Of a DNA stretch of 53,521 bases, positions 40,382-47,749 are shown piece by piece. Position 1 is the first letter of the stretch; every line of letters starts with the position of its first letter. The translations under genes were made by a program, and so were the position numbers. The notes under the pieces are model-generated. The model searched no databases, had not been told where the DNA came from, and saw only the letters and a program-made list of their open reading frames with translations. This stretch comes from a virus: positions 1-53,521 of IMG/VR virus record IMGVR_UViG_3300046058_000043; one strand, given 5' to 3'.

Positions 40382-40621
40382 TCAGTCAGCGGCCGACCTA
40401 CTCGTCGTCAAATTTCCCTGGTCTTCGCCCTCCTCGATGCGGACTTCGAGATCGTCGATCAGATCATCGATCGAGTCGCGAAGCAAATCGCTTCGAGAGG
40501 TGGCGCTGTCGAGCACGCCCTCGACCTTCGCTTTCCGAATCAAATGGTCCAACCGCTCGACCCTCTCATCGTCAGCGCGGAACGTCACGCGCTTGACACC
40601 CTCGTCGCGATCCTCACTCAT
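40382..40621 (-). CDS. Ribbon-helix-helix (CopG-like) protein
   Basis: VKRVTFRADDERVERLDHLIRKA. Confidence 0.55.
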   Translation of the reverse strand: MSEDRDEGVKRVTFRADDERVERLDHLIRKAKVEGVLDSATSRSDLLRDSIDDLIDDLEVRIEEGEDQGNLTTSRSAAD

Positions 40622-40627
40622 GTCCTA

Positions 40628-40719
40628 CCGTATGACGGGGGTGTTAAAAGGCGTTTACCCATTCGCATGGGCATACCGTCATACCGCATGACAAAGACTA
40701 AGAGCAAGGCCGTCATACC
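40628..40719. promoter_or_regulatory. CCGTCATAC operator-like repeats between divergent RHH genes
   Basis: ccgtatgacgg 40628-40638 (inverted), ccgtcatacc 40676-40685 and 40710-40719. Confidence 0.55.
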
Positions 40720-40728
40720 GTCATGCGG

Positions 40729-40893
40729 ATGAGTCGGATAACAATTCGCCTCCCGGACGAACTCGATGACGCCGTCGAGGAGTTCATTGGCTACGGCAGC
40801 AAGAGCGAGTTCTATCGGGAAGCGGCCGAGGAGAAGCTGGCCCGGGACGGCGATTACGAACGGAGTGGCAGTGAGGAAACCCCAGCAGAGTAG
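40729..40893 (+). CDS. Ribbon-helix-helix (CopG-like) protein, 54 aa, below cutoff
   Basis: MSRITIRLPDELDDAVEEFIGYGSKSEFYREAAEEKL. Confidence 0.65.
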   Translation: MSRITIRLPDELDDAVEEFIGYGSKSEFYREAAEEKLARDGDYERSGSEETPAE

Positions 40894-40899
40894 CCGTTT

Positions 40900-40944
40900 C
40901 CGCGTACAGGCGACCCACCCTGACAAGTGAACGCCTGTACGCGG
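40900..40944. repeat. Perfect 13-bp inverted repeat
   Basis: ccgcgtacaggcg 40900-40912 / cgcctgtacgcgg 40932-40944, 19-nt spacer. Confidence 0.85.
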
Positions 40945-40983
40945 CGACCGGCCCCAGAATCGCCCGCTAAACACGACCGATCC

Positions 40984-41048
40984 GAGGACCAGGCGAGGAT
41001 AGGCAGGGTGGCTTTATAAAAGTCAACCCATCCCCTCGCCTGGTCCTC
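40984..41048. repeat. Perfect 15-bp inverted repeat bracketing a TATA box
   Basis: gaggaccaggcgagg 40984-40998 / cctcgcctggtcctc 41034-41048; tttataaaa at 41013-41021 lies in the spacer. Confidence 0.85.
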
Positions 41049-41109
41049 ATTCTGGTCGGTCGGAAATGATCCCGGGCTGTTGGCGCAGCCCGGCTGCAGG
41101 AAGCATCCA

Positions 41110-41526
41110 ATGTCCGAATCCAACACGACTGACAAAGGTAATACGCGACGTACTGACGGTAAGACTGACCTACCCGACAGTAATGCGGTGCATTCCGCAC
41201 CGAAAGGCGACGACGCTGCAACCACGTTCGCCGAGCACGACCTCTCGTCGTTCCAGCGGTACATCCTAACGATCCTCGCCGACGAGTCGCGGTACGGCCT
41301 CGCCATCAAACGCGAGCTTGAGGCCCTCTACGGCGACGAAGTGAACCACGGGAGATTATATCCAAACCTCGACGAGCTGGTCGAGCTCGGCTTCATCGAC
41401 AAGAGCGAACTCGACAAGCGGACCAACCAGTACGAGCTGACCGACGAGGGACGGGACGCGCTCAAGGACCAGCTGGAGTGGGAACTCCAGCGCGTCGACC
41501 CGCCGCACGGAGGTGACGAGGCGTGA
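41110..41526 (+). CDS. PadR-family winged-helix regulator
   Basis: FQRYILTILADESRYGLAIKRELEALYGDEVNHGRLYPNLDELVELGFI. Confidence 0.7.
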   Translation: MSESNTTDKGNTRRTDGKTDLPDSNAVHSAPKGDDAATTFAEHDLSSFQRYILTILADESRYGLAIKRELEALYGDEVNHGRLYPNLDELVELGFIDKSELDKRTNQYELTDEGRDALKDQLEWELQRVDPPHGGDEA

Positions 41527-42242
41527 GCGCCGCCGACGTCGACGAGCCTTGCCGGCAGTGCGGTGAGCCCGCTGGGAAGATCTACCGCTGCCAGCACTGC
41601 GGTGCTCCGGATCCGCTGGACGGCGACGGCAGCGATGACGAGGAGAGCAGCGGCCGACACGTCATGGCCGACGGCGGGCACACGCTCCGCGGCCCGGCGG
41701 GTTTTCGGGAGGTGAGTTCGATGGCGAGTGAGCAGTCCACGGACGACAGTCCGGCGTTTCTCCATACGGGCTGGCTGAAGAAGAAGGCCGACGTCCCGGC
41801 GTCTCAGGTGCTGGCTGTCAAGGAAGCGTTCACCACGAGAGAGCAGCTTCTGGACGCCCTCAAGGACGGCGAGGATCTTACCGACTACTCCGGGATCGGG
41901 ACTGCGACATCGAGCGCGCTCTGGGACTGGTACAAGAATGTCCACAACGGCGAGGTTGAGCCGGACGGCACGCTGGTCCTGGACGACGACGGGCTGCATC
42001 TCCCCGACTGGCTGGTCGGCTACGTCGGCACGTTCACTGTCGAGACGCCGTCGATCACGATGCGGCCAACCACCACCGACCGCGGGCTCTCCGAGGTCAG
42101 CAGCATCCTCGGCGCGTACCCCGATGACGGAGACTGGAACGACCACCTCGAAGCCGGTCAGATCGGCCTTTCCACGCCCGGGCATGAAGAGCGGATCTAC
42201 GATCTCGATGACCAGCGCAGCGACGACGGAGGTGAGGAGTGA
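41523..42242 (+). CDS. Zinc-ribbon + helix-hairpin-helix-like protein (GTG start)
   Basis: CRQCGEPAGKIYRCQHCG; later LTDYSGIGTATSSALWDWY. Confidence 0.55.
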   Translation: MSAADVDEPCRQCGEPAGKIYRCQHCGAPDPLDGDGSDDEESSGRHVMADGGHTLRGPAGFREVSSMASEQSTDDSPAFLHTGWLKKKADVPASQVLAVKEAFTTREQLLDALKDGEDLTDYSGIGTATSSALWDWYKNVHNGEVEPDGTLVLDDDGLHLPDWLVGYVGTFTVETPSITMRPTTTDRGLSEVSSILGAYPDDGDWNDHLEAGQIGLSTPGHEERIYDLDDQRSDDGGEE

Positions 42243-42724
42243 TGTCGCAACCGTTCAGCAGCACCGACGATCCGTGGGCCCGGCTCCCGTCGTTCGAGCG
42301 AGACGGCGTAGTGGTTCACATCACCACCTACGCCGGCGACGACCACTCGGCCGCAACGACGGTTTTCACGAGCCGGTCGAGTTCCGAAGTCTTCCACGCC
42401 GACAAGCACTGCCACCGGCTCCACCGAAGCGACACGATCCGTACAACCGACGGGGAAAGGCGTTGGATCAAAGCGCTGCCGCTTGAGCGGGTGATGACTT
42501 CCTGGCTCAACCCGATTCGACCCTGCAACTACTGCACCCAGGACATCCACACGACCGCCGAGATCGCACAAGAGTATGACAACGTCCCCGAGGTCTGTCT
42601 GAAGTACTACGAGCCCGGCGACAGCGTGGTCAAAACGAAAGTCCGGACCGATCCCGAGAGCGGTGAAACATCCGTTCGCGAGAGTTCTCGCCCGGCCTAC
42701 CCCAGCGGAGGTGACGACGCGTGA
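42239..42724 (+). CDS. Hypothetical protein
   Basis: GTG 42239 / ATG 42242; CHRLH...CNYC. Confidence 0.55.
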   Translation: MMSQPFSSTDDPWARLPSFERDGVVVHITTYAGDDHSAATTVFTSRSSSEVFHADKHCHRLHRSDTIRTTDGERRWIKALPLERVMTSWLNPIRPCNYCTQDIHTTAEIAQEYDNVPEVCLKYYEPGDSVVKTKVRTDPESGETSVRESSRPAYPSGGDDA

Positions 42725-42963
42725 GCTCCTCCTCCGCCCAGCGCTTCCTGTTCGAGGCCGCCGAGGAGGACGGCGTCGAGGTCGGGATCGAGGACAACAT
42801 CCTCGTCGCCCGCTGCGCCGACCACACCGACGAGCAGATCGATACCGAGGTCGTCCACGATCTCGCCGGCAAGCACGGCCTCGACGTCGAGCGGTCGGTC
42901 GCCGACTTCGACGAAGGCGTCGTCCGTGTTTACATCGCGGCCCCGGGAGGTGGTGGGGCGTGA
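42721..42963 (+). CDS. Hypothetical small acidic protein (GTG start)
   Basis: 80-aa ORF, GGAGGTGA 6 nt upstream. Confidence 0.5.
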   Translation: MSSSSAQRFLFEAAEEDGVEVGIEDNILVARCADHTDEQIDTEVVHDLAGKHGLDVERSVADFDEGVVRVYIAAPGGGGA

Positions 42964-43463
42964 CCCGGCGCGATATCCAACCCGGCGACGTCGTCTACGA
43001 CTTAGCTCAAAAATCGACGCCGAAGCTACAGGTTCAGCGCGTCGTTGCCGAGACGGTCGCCGAGTACGCCGAGCGCGAGGACTTCAACCTCGCCGAGTAC
43101 AAGGCCCACCCGCGCCTGCCCGTCAGCAAGTCCGACCGCGTCCTCGAGTGCACGTACATTCCAGACGATCCCGGCGCCGCGCCCTCCGACGGCAACCCCT
43201 ACGCCGTGCCGGCGGGCCGCCTCGCCCGGGCGCCGGTTGAGATCGCCGACGGCAGCCATCGCGTTCAGGACGAGTTGCGCCTCGAGGTTCTGGACGTGAT
43301 GTTCCAGCGAGCGAAGGGCCTCGACGAGGACCCGACCAGCGACATGCCAGAGAGCTTCGTCGACGCGGTTCGGCTGCTCGCTGGCGAGCGCTGCACGCCG
43401 CTGCTCGACGAAGCCGAGGAACTCGCTGACGCTGCTCGGCTCTCTGGAGGTGACGATGCGTAG
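42960..43463 (+). CDS. Hypothetical protein (GTG start)
   Basis: GTG 42960 in ORF 42663..43463; upstream part of that ORF is Arg-rich overlap. Confidence 0.55.
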   Translation: MTRRDIQPGDVVYDLAQKSTPKLQVQRVVAETVAEYAEREDFNLAEYKAHPRLPVSKSDRVLECTYIPDDPGAAPSDGNPYAVPAGRLARAPVEIADGSHRVQDELRLEVLDVMFQRAKGLDEDPTSDMPESFVDAVRLLAGERCTPLLDEAEELADAARLSGGDDA

Positions 43464-43641
43464 CGCTCGCCGGAGCTTCCCTGCGTCGATCGACGGGGCG
43501 CTCGCGAGCGCCGGCGTCGGCGACCAGGACACCACATGCCCACACGGAACCGAGGGGTGTCCCGGACCGAACAACCCGGCCGGCGAGCTGCCCTGTGCCG
43601 CGTGTTTCCTCTCGCAAGGAGGTGATGCCGGTGGCGAGTAA
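43456..43641 (+). CDS. Small Cys-rich protein
   Basis: ...TTCPHGTEGCPGPNNPAGELPCAAC. Confidence 0.45.
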   Translation: MRSARRSFPASIDGALASAGVGDQDTTCPHGTEGCPGPNNPAGELPCAACFLSQGGDAGGE

Positions 43642-43816
43642 CGCCGTCGACGCAGAGGAGCGCTACCAGACCGCGCTTGAGCAGGCCGTCGAGGCGACCG
43701 AAGAGCACGGCGACGCGCTGGTCGCCTGCGACCAGGCCGCCACCAAGCACGCCGTCAAGGACCGGCTGGTCGAGCTGTTCGACGACGTCCGCGAGGAGGT
43801 CGATCGCGATGTCTGA
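43625..43816 (+). CDS. Small helical protein (alternative GTG start 43631)
   Basis: MPVASNAVDAEERYQTALEQAVEATEEHG... Confidence 0.5.
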   Translation: MPVASNAVDAEERYQTALEQAVEATEEHGDALVACDQAATKHAVKDRLVELFDDVREEVDRDV

Positions 43817-44096
43817 GGATGCGGCGCGTCCCGACCGGTTCACGGACATCCCGACGCCGGACCGGTTCTTCCTGCAGGTCGATCTGGTCGAGATCGAGAT
43901 GCGGCCGATGGATCACGACGACATCCGGTTCACCACCCAGAACGTCCCGGGTGGGAAGTTCGGCTTCGAGATCGCGGCGTCGTACGAGTACGCCGGCTAC
44001 GACTGCAAGCAGCATGTCTGTCTCGACCGAGAGGGCGCGGAAGCACTGTACGACGCGCTTGGCGAGGCGCTGGGCAAGGACGGTGATCAGCGATGA
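43809..44096 (+). CDS. Hypothetical protein
   Basis: ATGTCTGA junction; MSEDAARPDRF... Confidence 0.55.
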   Translation: MSEDAARPDRFTDIPTPDRFFLQVDLVEIEMRPMDHDDIRFTTQNVPGGKFGFEIAASYEYAGYDCKQHVCLDREGAEALYDALGEALGKDGDQR

Positions 44097-44902
44097 GCCG
44101 CGCGAAAAAGTATCGCCTGGAGGTCGACGCGATAGAACGCCATCCGGGCGATAACGACCACTACGCGCTAGCTGTCGAGCCGCCGCTCAACCGCGACGAC
44201 GTCTACTGTCGCATCAACTGCCAGGGGCGGACTTGGGGCGGCTCGTCGAAAGCCCTCGAGACACGGGACGCTGCAATCGAGTACATCCACGAACGACTCG
44301 AGCGACTCGAAGAGAAGGCACTCGACGACAAGTACCGCGGTGTCACGAGGTACCCCGAACCGCCGAAGCCAGCCAACACGCGCTACGTGGTCCACCCGGA
44401 CTACGAGGGCGAGATCGGCCCGCGGGAGGTCTGGGGCGATGCGACGCTGTCGACGTTTGGCGCCGGCGCCGCAGACTCACAGTACGCCGAGACGCCGTGG
44501 TACCAGCACCGCGAGGCTTACGACGAGTGGCTCGCCCCGCTGCGAGAGGATCCGGGAGCACTCGTCTACCGCGTCTACGCCAAGGACATCGCCGAGATGG
44601 CGTACTTCTGGTACGTCGTCGATGAGAACGACCAGCTGTTCGCGGTTCGATACCGTCCTGAGTCCGGGCGGCTCAAAGGCCCGTTCGAGTCGTCCTGTAC
44701 CTCGGCAACGCGACGTGCCGGGGGGATCGGGATCACCAACGCACCGCCAGCAGACTGCCAGCATCTCAACGTCGACCAGACGCCGTTCGCGAACGGCGTT
44801 GACGGCGAGGCCGTCACCGAGTGGATCGAGACCGAGTCGCCGCCAGCGCTCGCGAAGGCCGATGCAAATCAGGTCGACAAGGACGGTGATCACGATGAGT
44901 GA
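44093..44902 (+). CDS. Hypothetical protein
   Basis: 269-aa acidic ORF. Confidence 0.6.
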   Translation: MSRAKKYRLEVDAIERHPGDNDHYALAVEPPLNRDDVYCRINCQGRTWGGSSKALETRDAAIEYIHERLERLEEKALDDKYRGVTRYPEPPKPANTRYVVHPDYEGEIGPREVWGDATLSTFGAGAADSQYAETPWYQHREAYDEWLAPLREDPGALVYRVYAKDIAEMAYFWYVVDENDQLFAVRYRPESGRLKGPFESSCTSATRRAGGIGITNAPPADCQHLNVDQTPFANGVDGEAVTEWIETESPPALAKADANQVDKDGDHDE

Positions 44903-45356
44903 GCCCCAACCTGGCGTCCCGTCGACGGAGCTGCCGGGCGACCCCAGCAAGGGCGCCGCCGCGTTCTTCCTGGTCACGCAACTCCCGTTCGCGGCTGACG
45001 ACGCCAGTCCCGAGGAGCTCGTCACTGTCTGGACCCACGAGTGGGCCGACGAGGACGAGACCTGGGGCGTCGCGCTGAACGGCACTGGGCAGAACCGGCT
45101 CTGGTACGGCCCGCTCTATCACGGCGGCGACGCGACGGTGTCGGTCCGGCACCCTGCCGGGACGGCCGTCGTCGCGATCAACCAGCAGGCGCTCGGCGTG
45201 CTCAAGCCCGACGCCAACGAGTGGTTCTGCGACCAGGACGCGATCCCGAACTGGGAACAGGCGACGCTGTTCGCGATCCACGAACGGCTCGATGAACTAG
45301 GTCACGACGTCCCGAGCATCGAGGAACTCCTGGAGGTGGGCCCCGATGCCGAGTGA
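44895..45356 (+). CDS. Hypothetical protein
   Basis: ATGAGTGA 8-nt overlap; MSEPQPGVPSTE... Confidence 0.55.
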   Translation: MSEPQPGVPSTELPGDPSKGAAAFFLVTQLPFAADDASPEELVTVWTHEWADEDETWGVALNGTGQNRLWYGPLYHGGDATVSVRHPAGTAVVAINQQALGVLKPDANEWFCDQDAIPNWEQATLFAIHERLDELGHDVPSIEELLEVGPDAE

Positions 45357-45621
45357 AGCGATCTGGGCCGCTGTAACCGGCGCCATCGGCGGCGCGGGAG
45401 TGATGCGGCTGTTCGACAAGCGACAGTTCGGCTGGCGGCCGAAGCAGGTGAAGCTCGTCCGAGACAACATCGCGCTCTCGCTGCTCGCGAAGGGCGCACT
45501 CGAACGGATGGACGAGGACGAGCCAGCAGCCCTTGAGGAGGAGATCCGGCCAACCGTCCACGACGCGCTCGGCGAGGAATTTGACGTCGATCTGACGGAG
45601 GTGTGCGGCGATGTCGAGTGA
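45346..45621 (+). CDS. Hypothetical protein with N-terminal hydrophobic segment
   Basis: AIWAAVTGAIGGAGVM. Confidence 0.5.
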   Translation: MPSEAIWAAVTGAIGGAGVMRLFDKRQFGWRPKQVKLVRDNIALSLLAKGALERMDEDEPAALEEEIRPTVHDALGEEFDVDLTEVCGDVE

Positions 45622-45925
45622 GCAGGCTGACCTTCGCGCAGAGCTCCTCGATGTCATCGCCGAGAGAACCTCGCCCGACGAGCCCTGGATCTCGACCCGG
45701 GCGCTCGTCCAGATCGTTGACGGCGACACCGAGGCGATCAAAGACGAGCTCAACCGCGCCGCCAACAGTAATGAGCTGCTGGAGTGGCGCGGGCAGTTCG
45801 CCCCGGTCGAGAGAGAGCATCTGGTCGCCGTCATCGAGGCTGAGAAGGACGCCGACGTGACGCGCCAGCAACTGATCGCTCGGACCAACCGCCTCGTTCG
45901 GGAGGTGTCGGAAGATGGCGAGTGA
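45611..45925 (+). CDS. Hypothetical wHTH-like protein
   Basis: 104-aa ORF. Confidence 0.5.
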   Translation: MSSEQADLRAELLDVIAERTSPDEPWISTRALVQIVDGDTEAIKDELNRAANSNELLEWRGQFAPVEREHLVAVIEAEKDADVTRQQLIARTNRLVREVSEDGE

Positions 45926-46181
45926 CGGAGTGCCCGGCGACATCGATCGCGACGTCGTCTACGTCGCCGGGCGGCAGAACGGCGGCGGAAACCAGCGGAG
46001 AGCCCACGTTGACCGCCAGTGTCCCGCACTGCAGCGCGCGAACGCCGTGTTCGAGCGCTCGCTGGACGTCTACCCTGACTCTCCGGACTGGTGTGAGGCG
46101 TGCACTGGCGAGATCGACCGCTCAGGACCGCAGGATCACTCGCACTACAACGCGCTGAAAGCGGAGGCTGATCGCTCATGA
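45915..46181 (+). CDS. Hypothetical Cys-containing protein
   Basis: 88-aa ORF; QCPALQ...WCEAC. Confidence 0.5.
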   Translation: MASDGVPGDIDRDVVYVAGRQNGGGNQRRAHVDRQCPALQRANAVFERSLDVYPDSPDWCEACTGEIDRSGPQDHSHYNALKAEADRS

Positions 46182-46852
46182 GACAACAGACTCGGGAGAA
46201 GGCGCTGACCGAACGCGAGTTCGAGCGGCTGCTGATCGGTGCAGGGTCGCTCGGCGATTCGATGGAACGGCTCGAAGCCCGCGCGGCGATCCTCATCGGC
46301 GGGCGGTTGGGGATGCGACCCGGCGAGGTCACGCATCTCTCATCGGACTGGATCAACCGTCGCAGAGAGATGATCCACATCCCGTCCCACGACCCCTGTA
46401 CGAAAGGCCGCGACGGCGACCGCTGTGGGTACTGCAGGCAGGCGGTGACGCAGCAACTCAAGCACGACGACAGCAAAGTGTTCGAGGACGTCCTCGAAAG
46501 CTACTGGAACCCGAAAACAGACGCCGCAGTCCGCGACGTCCCGTACCGCTTCTCGCAGCGTGTCGGGGTCGCTATCGAGATGCTCCTTGAGGAGTACGAC
46601 GGGTGGCCCCACTCGTTTTCTACGCTTCAGCGCCGGCTGAACGAGTCGCTCGATGCCGCACCGGACCTCGACAGAGAGTCGACGACGCTCCACGGACTCC
46701 GTGCGACTGCGGCGTCGTATCACGCCGGACGTGGCCTCGACGCAGGCCCGCTGCAGTCGATGTTCGGCTGGGAGGACCTGTCGACGGCACGCAACTACAT
46801 CGCCGTCGACGGCGAGATGACTGCTCGCGCGCTCGGGGAGGTGCACGGATGA
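46178..46852 (+). CDS. int: Tyrosine recombinase/integrase (short, catalytic domain only)
   Basis: GRLGMRPGE (Arg I), KTDAAVRDVP, LHGLRATAAS (H-x-x-R), FGWEDLSTARNYI (W...Y). Confidence 0.8.
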   Translation: MRQQTREKALTEREFERLLIGAGSLGDSMERLEARAAILIGGRLGMRPGEVTHLSSDWINRRREMIHIPSHDPCTKGRDGDRCGYCRQAVTQQLKHDDSKVFEDVLESYWNPKTDAAVRDVPYRFSQRVGVAIEMLLEEYDGWPHSFSTLQRRLNESLDAAPDLDRESTTLHGLRATAASYHAGRGLDAGPLQSMFGWEDLSTARNYIAVDGEMTARALGEVHG

Positions 46853-47016
46853 TGGGCGACGGTAGCGAGCAGGAGGGGTGCCCATACTGCGGAGATACGG
46901 ATGCCCCTGCCACGTCGCACTATCCGCCGTTCTGCCCTCTCTATCACAAGGAGCAGTGGCAGCAGAAGAATCTGACAGAACACACGGACGCTGACCAGGA
47001 CGGTGGTCTGCGATGA
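46849..47016 (+). CDS. Mini zinc-binding protein (55 aa)
   Basis: MMGDGSEQEGCPYCGDTDAPATSHYPPFCPLYH. Confidence 0.5.
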   Translation: MMGDGSEQEGCPYCGDTDAPATSHYPPFCPLYHKEQWQQKNLTEHTDADQDGGLR

Positions 47017-47459
47017 TCGAGCACGACGAGTCCGGCCACGAGGCCATCGTACTGGGCGATGTCGACGACGAGATCGCGACCGACCTCGAGCACGCCCTCG
47101 ACCTGATCAAGCGTGCTCGCGACGACCTGAGCGACCGCGGTGAGCACGAGGCCGCTGCCGAGGCGATGCTCGCGACGATCGGCCCCGATCACATCCTCGA
47201 CCAGCACCAGATGATCGCCGGCTCGATCCGGCGCATCTGCGCGGGATCGGACGACCATCTCCAGGATGCGCTCGCCCTCGTCGACGACGTCCAGAGTGAC
47301 GACCTCAGGGACGCCCGCCAGCTGCTTCAGAGCATCTGCGAGCGCCTGGCCGGGCGGCCAGCGGTTCGGCGCGAGAGCGTCGACCAGTGCATGCGGTGCG
47401 AGGCGGTCGTGATCGGCGGCGGGCCCTGTCCCGGCTGCGGCGGGAGGTGGTTCCGGTGA
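47013..47459 (+). CDS. Hypothetical protein with C-terminal zinc ribbon
   Basis: ...CMRCEAVVIGGGPCPGCGG. Confidence 0.55.
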   Translation: MIEHDESGHEAIVLGDVDDEIATDLEHALDLIKRARDDLSDRGEHEAAAEAMLATIGPDHILDQHQMIAGSIRRICAGSDDHLQDALALVDDVQSDDLRDARQLLQSICERLAGRPAVRRESVDQCMRCEAVVIGGGPCPGCGGRWFR

Positions 47460-47749
47460 CTCAACTCCCACGGCGTCCCTCGCGAGACAACGCCGCAACT
47501 GGCTGCACGTTCGTCGACGAGACTGATCAGGATCCGGATCTGCCAGAATACATCCGCAAATGCACCTGCTCGACTCACACTGGCGCCTGTCGCGAGTGTA
47601 ACTTCAAGATCACCGTCTCGACGTCTGGCGTAGAGTATGGCCACCGGCGAAAGAACAACCTCGGCCCCAACGCGGTTGATCGACGCGACTGCTCGCACAG
47701 GTCATCCGAGGTCGATCCAGCGGGCGGACGGGGAGGTGCGTCAGCATGA
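47456..47749 (+). CDS. Cys-rich hypothetical protein (GTG start)
   Basis: GTG 47456; CTCSTHTGACRECN. Confidence 0.45.
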   Translation: MTQLPRRPSRDNAATGCTFVDETDQDPDLPEYIRKCTCSTHTGACRECNFKITVSTSGVEYGHRRKNNLGPNAVDRRDCSHRSSEVDPAGGRGGASA

